Source: Octopus vulgaris (lineage: Eukaryota). From it: a stretch of 64,000 nt of DNA. Made by a program: the position numbers and the translations under genes. Below are positions 51,846 through 63,274 of the stretch, one piece after another. The stretch's first letter is position 1; every line of letters begins with the position of its first letter. The notes beneath the pieces were generated by a model. It did not search any database. It saw only the letters and a program-made list of their open reading frames with translations, and was not told the origin of the DNA. Location: the NCBI GenBank assembly GCA_951406725.2, contig OX597831.1, forward strand, positions 1,550,001-1,614,000. Reading direction: 5' to 3'.

Positions 51846-53549
51846 AGGAATGAGTCGCAAGAGCCTTAATGGAAGTTCCATGAGACCAGCTAACTCTTGA
51901 GGTGCATTTTACCATCCTAGTAAAATGGTAAAGAGTAAAGACCCCCTTTGGCCATGGGAGTGCACCTGGAAAGTTCCCTTCCAAAGCACAAGTCCAAGCA
52001 AGGTTGTTTGTGGAAGACCAACAGTCACCCATGCATACTAGTCTCTTGTCTTCACACCACTGATGTTGTCCAAGGGAAAGAGCAAAGACTGATACAGCTT
52101 GGCACCAGTGACATTGCAACTCCTTTCTACAGCTGAGTGAAGTGGAGCAATGTGAAATAAAGTATCTTGCTCAAGAATACAATACACAGCCTGGTCTGGG
52201 AATCAAACAACCTTATGATTGTAAGCCCAACACTAACCACTGAGCTATGTGCCTTAGTAGCTATCCTAGCAGCAGTGTAATAAAAGGCAGAGAGAGATAC
52301 AGTATATCTATGGGCCAAGTGAAAAGTTAGTTAGAACATGTTGGTGAGTGACTTTATACCAATCAGTGAAGTGACTTTTTCTTTAAGCCGACCAATGCTT
52401 TACAAGTGCAGAAGGAGCTTATTGTGTGTGCATGTGTAATGATCATTGTTGTTGTAATCATATTACATCTGCTTTCCAAGCTGGCATCTGTTGGACAGTT
52501 GTTACAGACTTCAAGATGGGTTGTAGCACCATATCTCACTTTCACTTTTGGGTTCCATTTTTGGTTTGGTCTCAATGGATGGATGTCCTAACACCAACTA
52601 CCTTACTGTACAGAGTACAGTTTTTCATGGCAAACACACATCATACATATATACATGTGTACACATACATACCATCCATGTATGTACATACATTCATAGA
52701 TATTTGCACCTGTACTAGGCAATGACAAGTGACTGAGACTTTTGGTAATTTGTTGTACTTGAGAAGACACAGCAAGTGAAATCGCAATGATGGTCAGTGT
52801 CGGTGAGAAGTAAAAGGCACCTGTGCTGATGACATGTGAAAGGCACCTGTGCAGGTGACACATAAGACACCCAGCACATTCTGTGGAGTGGTTGGCACTA
52901 TGAAGGACATCCGGCTGCAGAACCAAGCCAAAACAGACTAGAGCCTGGCACATCTCTCTGGCTTACAAGCCCCGGTCAAACCATCTTACCCATGCCAATA
53001 TGGAAAATGGACACCAAATGATGATGATTGATACAATTTATTCACAGACATTTTACTTCTCTCAGACTCACAGAATCATTTCTACTCAATGGATATTATC
53101 GTTGGGTTGAACCAATCAGTGAATCATAGAGAAACTCTCTATGAATGAATTACATCATTCTCCATACTGAATAAAGCCTGAAGCACTTAATTGAACTTTG
53201 TTTTCTTTGTTTTTTAACTAAGGGTTCTTGGAAGAAGCCCATCATATATCTACCTACAAATTTGTGTGTGTAAGTTCCCTTGCCTGGACATTATGTGATA
53301 ATTGTAAATGAGTGTCACCTTCATACAAGCCTTGTCCTTCATTTCCAATCTTCCATGGAAACATGTTTGGCCATGGGGAAATATTACCTTACTTAGGAAC
53401 AGGTGAAGAGTGGTGACAGAATGGGCAACCAGCCACGGAAATTCTACCCCAATGAATTCCAGCTGACTCATGCATACATGGAGAAGTAGACATTAAATTG
53501 ATGACAATTTGATAATGATGATATTAAACACACACACAAGTACACATAA

Positions 53550-53587
<38 letters not shown>

Positions 53588-54495
53588 AAGCAATGTTTAT
53601 TAATTACTTTTCTACAAATTATATGATAGCTCTGTCTTTTTTGTAAACAAGTGAGAATATTCCTTACCTGAAAAACAGTTAAGTTAGAAACTAGAAGGTC
53701 ATCTGGCTGGAAAAGGTTGTCTCAGAAATATGTATTCATCTAACTTGTGCTAACGTAGACAGACAGACATAAAACAAATGAACATGTGGGGGGGAGGGTT
53801 CGGTGTGCATCAGTGAAGGATATAAACACCAGCAAAATAGAAACCAACCCAAACTGTTGTTTTCTAATAAAAATACCCTCTGTGGTATTTGTTCCATCCC
53901 GAGTTCCAGAGACATCCCCTAGTCACTGTTAAAAATACGATGAGCAAGTGATTGGTTCATTGAAAACCTACACCCAAAAGCACTGTTGTTAACCAGCTAC
54001 AAATATATAATAAACTTAAGTCTGGTATGTTACCATTTCTGCCATCTTGGGAGAAAAATTACATTTCTAGACAGTTTCAACACACCAGTCAACAGAAAAG
54101 CAGGCTTGGAATTTGTCTGTCAAAGACATCAGTTCCCTGCTTCAATATGTGGCAAGATTTTGCACAGCTGTGAAATGACAAGATCAATCTAAAGATAACA
54201 CTGGCTGCAAGGAGAAACAAAAATGTCCCTTGAGTGAGGCAATGTCTCCTATTTTAATGAAATCTCAAGACAGGAGCAATGGTGGATGGATAATAACAAA
54301 ACTTGAGATGACGGCAACTTACTTATTACATACAACGGCTGTGTTGAAGTGAAAAGCAGTCGTGGTGGTGGGGAGTAGTAATAGAGTGTATATAAATAAA
54401 AATGATGAGGAGGTGGGGGTAGTTTAAAATGTAACAGTTGTCACTGGCAAATGTCACACCAGAAGCCTTTGTGGACGTGTGTGTGTGTGTGTGTT

Positions 54496-55017
54496 TGTTT
54501 CAGTCATTTGACTGTGGCCATGCTGGAGCACCGCCTTTAGTCGAGCAAATCGACCCCAGGACTTATTCTTTGTAAGCCTAGTACTTATTCTATCAGTCTC
54601 TTTTGCCAAACCGCTAAGTTACGGCGACGTAAACACACCAGCATCGGTTGTCAAGCGATGTTGGGGCGACAAACACAGACACACAAACATATACACACAC
54701 ACACATATATATATACATATATACGACGGGCTTCTTTCAGTTTCCGTCTACCAAATCCACTCACAAGGCTTTGGTCGACCCGAGGCTATAGTAGAAGACA
54801 CTTGCCCAAGGTGCCATGCAGTGGGACTGAACCCGGAACCATGTGGTTGGTAAACAAGCTACTTACCACACAGCCACTCCTATGCCTACATGTGATCATC
54901 ATCAAAACCGATAGAATAAGTATTAGGCTTACAAAGAATAATTCCTGGGGTCGATTTGCTCGACTAAAGGCAGTGCTCCAGCATGGCCACAGTCAAATGA
55001 CTGAAACAAGTAAAAGA
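54496..55017. mobile_element. SINE family A (-, 54496-54886) plus an inverted 3' fragment (+, 54904-55017)
   Basis: The tail segment appears twice, in opposite orientation. Confidence 0.85.
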
Positions 55018-55600
55018 ATGTGTGTGTTTGTTAATATGTATATATGTATATGGTGGCTGCCCCCTCGTTATCGAGTATGGCCATTGCACGAAGCTTAATT
55101 AATGTTGTTATCGTGCAATGCATGTGCAAGAAGATTTTTTTTTAAAGTGAGGAAAGGCTGTGCACTGAGTCAATCCCACTCACTAAGCAACAGCAGCCAT
55201 AATCTGAAAAGAAGAACAAGTCAACATCATCAGTAACCACAGGTTTTATATCGGAGTTATCCCAGTTACCTGAGTTACCTTCTCCTAGAAGGATGCTCTA
55301 ACAAAGGCTAGGAGTCCTTCACTCCCAATGGTTTAACTGCGTGATCGGGTATTCAGTCCGATTATTTCTATGTCCCCGCGCATGATACAGCCTTAAGACA
55401 TTTATTGGATGGCCGTTGACTCTCAAGAGTTCCTCCGCCCTTTGACGGGTTTTGTTTTTCATCCCACAGGGTGTCCAATAAACACCATCCTCACCAAGCA
55501 AGCTTGGTGGGGTGGCTGGTTTAGTCGCCGATAACCCAACCATGCAACAGGTTGTACTGGGTTACATGTTACCAGTAGCACTCGAAAGTGACCTGACATA

Positions 55601-55639
<39 letters not shown>

Positions 55640-55643
<4 letters not shown>

Positions 55644-55915
55644 TGATGGCCCGTGACTGAGGAAGACCATTGCCGACCTTCAGGAACATTGTGCGCTCTA
55701 GGACTAACTTATATTTTACATTTGCGGCTCCGTTGGTGGCTAATGAGCCCTGCTCTTGACAAGCATACACGACTGCAAACATTGCAGACCAAGCTTTCCC
55801 CATTCACTATACGAGCCATGCGCTTTCGCGCAGCTCGCTTAAGTTCTTCATGCTGGATACGTGCTCTCTCAAAAGTGTCGATCCTCTCCTTAACCTGCTT
55901 CCTCCATCTGTACTA
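55640..55915 (-). mobile_element. RTE LINE 3' end
   Basis: C-terminal VCNVCSRVCLSRAGLISHQRS zinc-finger-like motif. An adjacent non-coding repeat at 55060-55590 may be related. Confidence 0.7.
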
Positions 55916-56810
55916 AATTAAGATTTGAATTTGGGACTGTTATATTTAAACTAATGGTAGTAACATTCTTAATCACAAGGCCACTGACACATATATTTAA
56001 TGTTGCACTTTTAGGTTATTTAGCTGCTGCCATTTCTACTGATGAAGTTAACAGTACAAAAAACAAAAACCAAAAAAAAAAACAACTATTGAAAACAAAA
56101 AGTTTTTTCCATGAACATGAAATAACTTGAAATTGGTTGGAAGTGTTAAAACCCACAACACAAGTTGCTGGCCAAGTAAGCCTACATCAACCACAACAAC
56201 AACAGCATGAAGATGATGGAGGATAATCCACCCAACATGATGACATCTTGGCTTTCAAGAGATAAATTTCTATGTGAAAGTTGGCTCCTATTTGACAAGA
56301 GGAATAAAATTAGCCAACTGACACAAGGTTCACGTTTCATTGTAGACAAGAGAGATTTTGATTAAAGGTCAGCGTGTAACATTTAACACTGAAGGTTTGA
56401 CTTAACGGTCAACCATAAGATAGGTGAGTATTACTGTTTGAGAGAGAACAAATGACTAAATAAATAAATAAAGGAGTTAATATGGTAATTATCAGTGGAT
56501 TTTTGTTTGTGTTGAGAAGATGAATGTTTGCCCACTTGGATGGGCCACATTATTTTTGGCTTATAAATGGCAAAAAGGCTTGTTTGTTATAAGAAGTAGA
56601 AATAATTCTAGTTACTAAGCTCTACCAAAATATAGCCAATTGTTTTTACTTCCTGTAACTAATAGACATCACCAATAAATTATAAACCTATCACTTGTTT
56701 TCTCTTTTGAATCTTTAAATGAGATTTGAGATAGGCTTATACAGAGTCAAAATAACAAAACATAAATTGCCTCTTTAAAGTTGTGTATGTATATATATAT
56801 GTGTGTGTGT

Positions 56811-57180
56811 ACTCTTTTATTTGTTTCAGTCATTTGACTGCGGCCATGCTGGAGCACCGCCTTTAGTCAAGCAAATCGACCCCAGGACTTATTCTTTGTA
56901 AGCCTAGTACTTATTCTATTGGTCTCTTTTGCCGAACTGCTAAGTTACAGGGACGTAAACACACCAGCATCGGTTGTCAAGCGATGTTGGGGGGACAAAC
57001 ACAGACACACATACATATACATATATATGACGGGCTTCTTTCAGTTTCCGTCTACCAAACCCATTCACTAGACTTTGGTCAGCCCGAGGCTCTAGTAGAA
57101 GACACTTGCCCAAGGTGCCACGTAGTGGGACTGAACTCGGAACCATGTGGTTCGTAAGCAAGCTACTTACCACACAGCCG
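56811..57180 (-). mobile_element. SINE family A, full length
   Basis: Colinear match. Confidence 0.9.
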
Positions 57181-57193
57181 CTCCAACACACGA

Positions 57194-57227
<34 letters not shown>

Positions 57228-57542
57228 TCATACACGCAATTGCATTTATAGACACCTGTCTGCTACACAGGTGCCAAACCCAAACCCACTGCATTCTTAC
57301 TGTTCTTTCCAGTAACGGCTCAGGTTGGAAACCAGCCATAATTGAAAAAAATAATAATAAATAATCTGCCTGATATTGGAGGTCTGTCACTGTTAGCTAG
57401 GGCTTGAATGCTCCGTTCCTCACCGCAAAGAGGCATAATTTAAACTTAAAACACAAAGTGCCACAACAGATACTGCAAGTTATCTTATCAGACAAGAACA
57501 AATCTGATAATTCACAACACAGGACTACCAGCTTGTATAAGA

Positions 57543-57885
57543 CTAGCAGCATCGCCCGGCGTTGCTCGGGTTTGTAAGGGAAATAACTATATAAGCATTT
57601 TTAGAGAGTTATAGCCAAAAAATAGCAAAAAAATTATGGTAAATTTTTTTTTAAATCGTTGACTCATCGTAGACATTTTTAGAGAGTTACTTCCCTTATA
57701 TAATAGCGAAAAAATGCATTAAAATGGAAAAAAATGATGGTAAATTTTTTTTTTAAATCGTAGACGCGCGCTAATACCCAGAAGGGCTCGATATGAATCA
57801 CGACTATAAGATACCCGGTTTTGGTTAAACTGCACCGCAAAATGTGGGATCGTAGGAGACAGACACACAACTTTACTTTTATATT
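57543..57885 (-). mobile_element. Non-autonomous Helitron, near-identical to 41258-41640
   Basis: Reverse-complement copy with the CTAG end and hairpin. Confidence 0.8.
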
Positions 57886-58165
57886 TCAAGATAGGCTAAA
57901 AATTTTCTATAAGGGGGGACAACTCTAGATGGACTTTCCCAAGGAAATGATTTTCCATAGAAATTTTCAAATCCTTACTACTAACCCGTAACAGAGCATT
58001 TTTATATCAATTGTTAATTTATAATTAACCCTTTTAATACCAAAATCAGAATTAATGATTCGGAAACCAAAAAAAAAAAGGTAAATGTTAATTCTTGGAA
58101 TATTGTTTTTCAGGGATTCCTTTCGTAAATAAAAAATACCAAGGCAATAGGAAATTATTTTTACG

Positions 58166-58478
58166 TGTGGCTGTGTAGAAAGAAATTTGCTTTCAAACGA
58201 CATGATTTTGAGTTCAGTTCCACTGCGTGGTACCCGTGCCGCCCAAAGCTTTGTGTCTGGATTTGGTAGACGGAAACTGAAATATGTTTGTCTGTCCCCC
58301 ACCACCACTTGACATCTGGTGGTGGGGGACAGACATCTCTGTAACTAAGTGGTTTGGCAAAAGGAGATCGATGGAATAAGTACCAAGCTTAAAAGTAGTG
58401 GGGTCAATTGATTCAACCACAACCCTTTAAGGAAGTGCCCCAGCATGGTCACAGTCTAATGAGTGAAACAAGTAAAAG
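58166..58478 (+). mobile_element. SINE family A, diverged
   Basis: Degenerate colinear match. Confidence 0.7.
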
Positions 58479-59210
58479 ATAGATAAAATAAAAAATATGG
58501 TGAGATTTAAAGAGCAGAACTGTGGATTAATTTGAAAAAATTAACAAAGAGCTCTGTATTATTGTCCGACGAAGGACAATCATCCTGAAACACGTGTCCC
58601 TAGATGCAGCTGGGGGTATTTGTCTTCCCTTCGTAAATGTATATAAGAACACAGGAAAAATGTGTCAAAGCCATCAGGAGGCGTCGATGCTTCCTAGGGC
58701 TAAACAGCGGTGGTGTACCCCCACCTATTGTCACGTTCGTGTTAGATTGACAGTATACAACCATTCTATCGCCCCACCACCATACATGTCTCTACGAGAG
58801 ATTTAGAAATTTAGTATTTCTGATTCTGTATTATTATTTTTACGGAAAGGTTTAAGAGCAGAATCACAGAGTGTATTGTTATTAAAACTATGGTATTCCA
58901 CTCAACTAAGCACACAATCTGAACATTGTCACTGGTGCACTTTTACCCTGCATCTAGCACACCCATGCAATTATTTTCGGTGTTCTCATAAGCACACACC
59001 CTAAATTTCGTCACCTGCCCACTAACTTCTAACTACACATCTATATAATTATATTCATTACCCCACTCACACACACACACTCATTGAACTTTGTCATAAC
59101 AATGCAAATATGGAACTTGTTGATTTTTATTTTATTTTATACATCAGCCCCATTCATTTCCTATATTCATCCCCTCTCTCCTTACCCTGTCTTGCTATAT
59201 TCTAATTCTC

Positions 59211-59600
59211 ACTGGCTTCCGTGCTGGTGGCACGTAAAAAACAACATCCAATTGTGGCTGTTGCCAGCCTCGCCTGGCCTCCGTGCCGGTGGCACGTAAA
59301 AGGCACCATCTGATAGTGGCCGTTTGCAAGCTTCGCCTGGCCTCCATGCCGGTGGCACATAAAAAGCACCATCCGATCGTGGCCATTGCCAGCCTCATCT
59401 GGCACCTGTGCCGGTGGCACGTAAAAAGCATCCACTACACTCATGGAGTGGTTGGCGTTAGGAAGGGCATCCAGCCGTAGAAACATTGCCAGATCAAACT
59501 GGGCCTGGTGCAGCCTTCTGGCTTCCCAGACCCCAGTTGCACCGTCCAACCCATGCCAGCATGGAAAGCGGACGCTAAACAATGATGATGATGATGATGA
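59211..59600 (+). mobile_element. Retroposon family C with four ggtggcac(g/a)taaaa units
   Basis: Tandem units followed by the conserved 3' block and (GAT)n. Confidence 0.8.
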
Positions 59601-60019
59601 TATTGAACCCTGAATTGAAAAATCCTTTCCCTTTTAGACAAAGGGTCAGTCCCAAAATATCAGACACCCACCTCTTGCCTAGCATAAGAACTTAACCAAG
59701 ATGACAAATGAGTATGGTTGTTGGTAGGTTGTAAGATGAAATATCCTATTACAATTCTCTGCACAGTGAATTGTAGAACATTGGATGAGACAGCTTATGA
59801 TATTTATTCCATTTCTTTGTGTCCTATGTTCTTGAATACTATCTTTAATCTGTTGCCCAATTTAACATTATCAACTGGTCCTTGGGTGCCTTTAGTAGAG
59901 ACCACTAGGTTTTAAACAATAAGGCCAGATCTCCAGTTTAAGGATAGATTCCTCCCTTTCTCCCACCATTCTTTGAGGCTCTGAAAAAATAAAGGGGCAT
60001 GGGTATTGTTCAGTTCTAT

Positions 60020-60520
60020 ATTTAAGGGATGAGGAATTATGTACATTGTTTACATTTGACGGATATTTGTCCTCATCTTGTTTCTTGTTAACACAACATT
60101 TCGGCTGATATAACCTCCAGCCTTCATCAGGTGTCTTGGGGAAATTTCGAACCTGGGTTCTCATTCCTAAGGTATTTTCACAATAGAAAAGGAAAAAGAC
60201 AATCAGCTAGCATTCCTGAATGTATTAATAACATGCACCAAATATGAATTCAGGACATCCGTATACCACAAGCCGACCTTCACTGGACGATACCTTAACT
60301 TCAATTCCCACCATCCATACAGTGTAAAGAGAAGAATTGCTCAGTGCCTAAAACATCAAGCAAAGAATATAAGTAGCGATCGTGATACCCACTATGAAGA
60401 AATGATCAAGCTCAGTAACAATCTATTAAGCAACAACTACCCCAAACACACACTATCTATTCCAATTATGAAGAAAAGAGAGGACGAAACCAATAAACTG
60501 TCTACAGTCTGTCTACCCTA
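60020..60520. mobile_element. Penelope-like element relic: inverted terminal segment (-) plus RT thumb (+)
   Basis: Plus strand 60180-60520: EKEKDNQLAFLNVLI...SVYHKPTFTGRYLNFNSHHP. The minus segment carries a hammerhead motif. Confidence 0.85.
60090..60135 (-). ncRNA. Minimal hammerhead-ribozyme-like motif (PLE type)
   Basis: GACAC-CUGAUGA-A-GGCUG-loop-CAGCC-GAAAU-GUU-GUGUU. Confidence 0.65.
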
Positions 60521-61196
60521 TGTGTATATTTATTTATTGGATTTCTTTGTTCTTGTTACCAAATATTTCTCCATTGGATATTTTGATTTATACCATTGTG
60601 ACTTGACTATTTTTGTATAAAAATATCTAAGGTTTTTATAGCCGTCGACAATGAATTGTTATGAAATAGTTATTGAAACTGATACAACCAAATTGAGGTG
60701 TGTTGAATTGCAAAAATATTTTTTGTTTGCAATTCGAAGTCTAAAAATTGTGAAAACAATTTGAAATCCATCAGTGAAAGTATTTACTTAGAGGTTGGTC
60801 AAAAAGTGGAAATATTTTTGTGGAGGAAAAGTGAAAGTTTTAATGTTTTTTTTTTTTGATGCAGATCAACCTCGATGACATAACAGATTTGAATTGGATA
60901 AAACGAGTTTTGAAATAACTGACTCTTGAAGTTTTATACCTCAGAGGAAAGAACAAGGGTATGAAACCTGAGGAAAAACAGTATGAAAACAATTGAAATT
61001 TTTGGACATTTTGGGGCTGTTAAGTCTCGTGGAGATGATGACAAGTGACCAAGATTTTCTGTGCTTGAGAAGATACGTCAAGCTAAGTGAAATTGTAGTC
61101 GTGGCCAGTGCCAGGGACACATAAAAGACACCCAGTACACTCTGTAGAGTGGTTGTTTTTCGTTGTTTCTGGGTTGATAAAATAAAAGTACATGTC

Positions 61197-61446
61197 GGTA
61201 CTATTTAAGAAGAGTGGTCCCGGCGCGCACTCGCGCAAACTAGTCGATCCTTACTTTGTGTTTTTGTATTTTATTTACTTTGTTTAGAAAAAATATTTAC
61301 TTTGTGTTTTTGTGTTTTATATACTTTGTTTAGAAAAAAATTATTTTGTGTTTTATTTACTTTGCTAGGTAGTCGTTGTAGGATCGACTAGTTACGACTC
61401 GCTAGCACGAATGCGCGCACCGGGACCAATCTTCTTAAATAGTACC
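61197..61446. mobile_element. Mutator-type MITE with 9-bp TSD
   Basis: Long TIRs GGTACTATTTAAGAAGA.../...TCTTCTTAAATAGTACC, perfect GTACATGTC on both flanks, internal tandem duplication. Confidence 0.85.
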
Positions 61447-61885
61447 GTACATGTCAACTACTAGAACCAATTTAATCGACTAAACTCTTATCTCCAAATT
61501 TCTGGTCGTGTGCCTCCGTAAGAAATTACGGCGAAAGTAAAGAATACGTACACCCGGTGTTTAGAGTTAGGGTTTTTTTACGCCGAAAACGGGTGGTGTA
61601 TGTATTCTTTACCACCGCCGAAATTACTATATTGATACTCAAGAAAGTAGAAGATGATATTGAGTTCTTTCAACGAAAGATAGAAGGCTAATAACTGTAA
61701 AAGATTCGGCATACCTAAGCAAGCGTGTTCGATTCGGCAGGGCACACTTGTTTGGGCATGGCACTTATTCGACCTTCGGAAATAGTTAATGACAACTTCA
61801 AACTCAAGGCGAAAACTGAATAACAACATCTTAATTAATATTCAACAACATCAAAACTACAACCAAACTCGAGTAAATAACTTAC

Positions 61886-62000
61886 TATAATAGCAGCAGC
61901 AGTGAATGAAGTCAAATAACGACGCCAAAGAAAGGAAACTCTAAGTTATACATTGCAAAACCACGCCATTTACAAGGGCCCTGCCATGTTTGTTTACTAA
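61886..62000 (-). promoter_or_regulatory. Candidate promoter / non-coding first exon of TMEM177
   Basis: Unique, locally CpG-richer sequence with YY1-like AACATGGC and AAATGGCG motifs and a GTAAGT donor at 61885-61880. The first coding exon has an acceptor, so an upstream exon is expected. Confidence 0.35.
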
Positions 62001-62370
62001 ATGAAAGCCAGTCCTTATTTTCGCATCTGTGAATTTAGTATTTGGAGCAGAGAAAATGCTTTTTCAAATGATTTTATGAAAAGTTTAAATTAAAGTAATA
62101 GTATAATATATTTTAGAGGCGCAAAATCTTCAGTTTCATCATTCCAGTTTTTTCTCACCTGAACTTCGGAAGTTTTAGGTCATTATTGGGGCGGGGGTCG
62201 TATCTCGAAGAATCCTTACCTGTGCATCCCTTTTAATATATGAAAACATATTCAGGTTATAGCAGAAGCAAAAGGTGGCACTAAATATTTAACATCACTA
62301 AAACAATAATTAAATAACTAATGTTATCTTAAAGTAATGAGAGATATTTTCTTGTTCTCTAATGTCACTT

Positions 62371-62416
62371 ACCTCGGGCTAAACATCAGAGAGTACTCTG
62401 ATGTTTAGCCCGAGGT
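62371..62416. repeat. Perfect 21-bp hairpin with 4-nt loop
   Basis: acctcgggctaaacatcagag-agta-ctctgatgtttagcccgaggt. Confidence 0.95.
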
Positions 62417-63274
62417 CAGCAATCATTGAGTACACCTATGTATGATCAATCAAAGACATTCCAGCTGCGACAATCCCATCTTTTCAAATACAGTCAATCT
62501 TAAATTGCTTTATTTAATATCTATTTATTTTCATTTCTATTTTCAGACGGTAGGGTATGCTAATAGAGAAATTTAGCTGATATTCGAACGACCACGCAGA
62601 GCATCGCTCTTTTGACCTCGGGTCAATCCCAACGGCGAAAACCCATGAGCAAAAACGTTTCCACTATGACCTTTCTCTTGAGTGTTATGCAAGTTGCATT
62701 GACTGTAAGCCATAAAAATACTTTTCTCTAGTATTAAAACTCGTTTCATTGCCCGACATGCACATATCACAAAGATTTCTCTCCGAACTTATAGCAGTCT
62801 AAAAGTCCATCATGATGTTGTCAGGAACCCCCCCCCCAGCTCAGGTGCAACCATCATAAAAATAAAGATAAATTAATCATACTTTAATCGCATCTAAAGG
62901 TGTAAGCAGCAAATAAACACTGGCTATAGGTGATATGTAACAGCCACAGAACCATAGCATACTCAGTCGTGTTCCGTGGGTTTACGATCGATTCAAGAAA
63001 CGCCTAACAAATACAGCTGGGTGTTCTACTTTGTTGTGTATCAAGTGCTTTCCCGGGGGTAGAAACATTCGGATATTTGTACATCGAACATCAGAGAAAG
63101 AGTTTACAGCTAACTGCTCTTCCCATAACGACCGACAGAATTAATCCTGTGTGGATATGATTAACTAAAGTCGTTTTGGACAACCAGAGTAATCTACCTT
63201 GCCTAAGGAATTTCACTACAGTCTGCACGCATAAATCATGCGAAATAACGCCATACACTCTGCGTGTGTGTGTA

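Noticed and set aside
61561-61575. TTAGAGTTAGGGTT telomere-like motif
   Set aside because: Only about two units, expected by chance.
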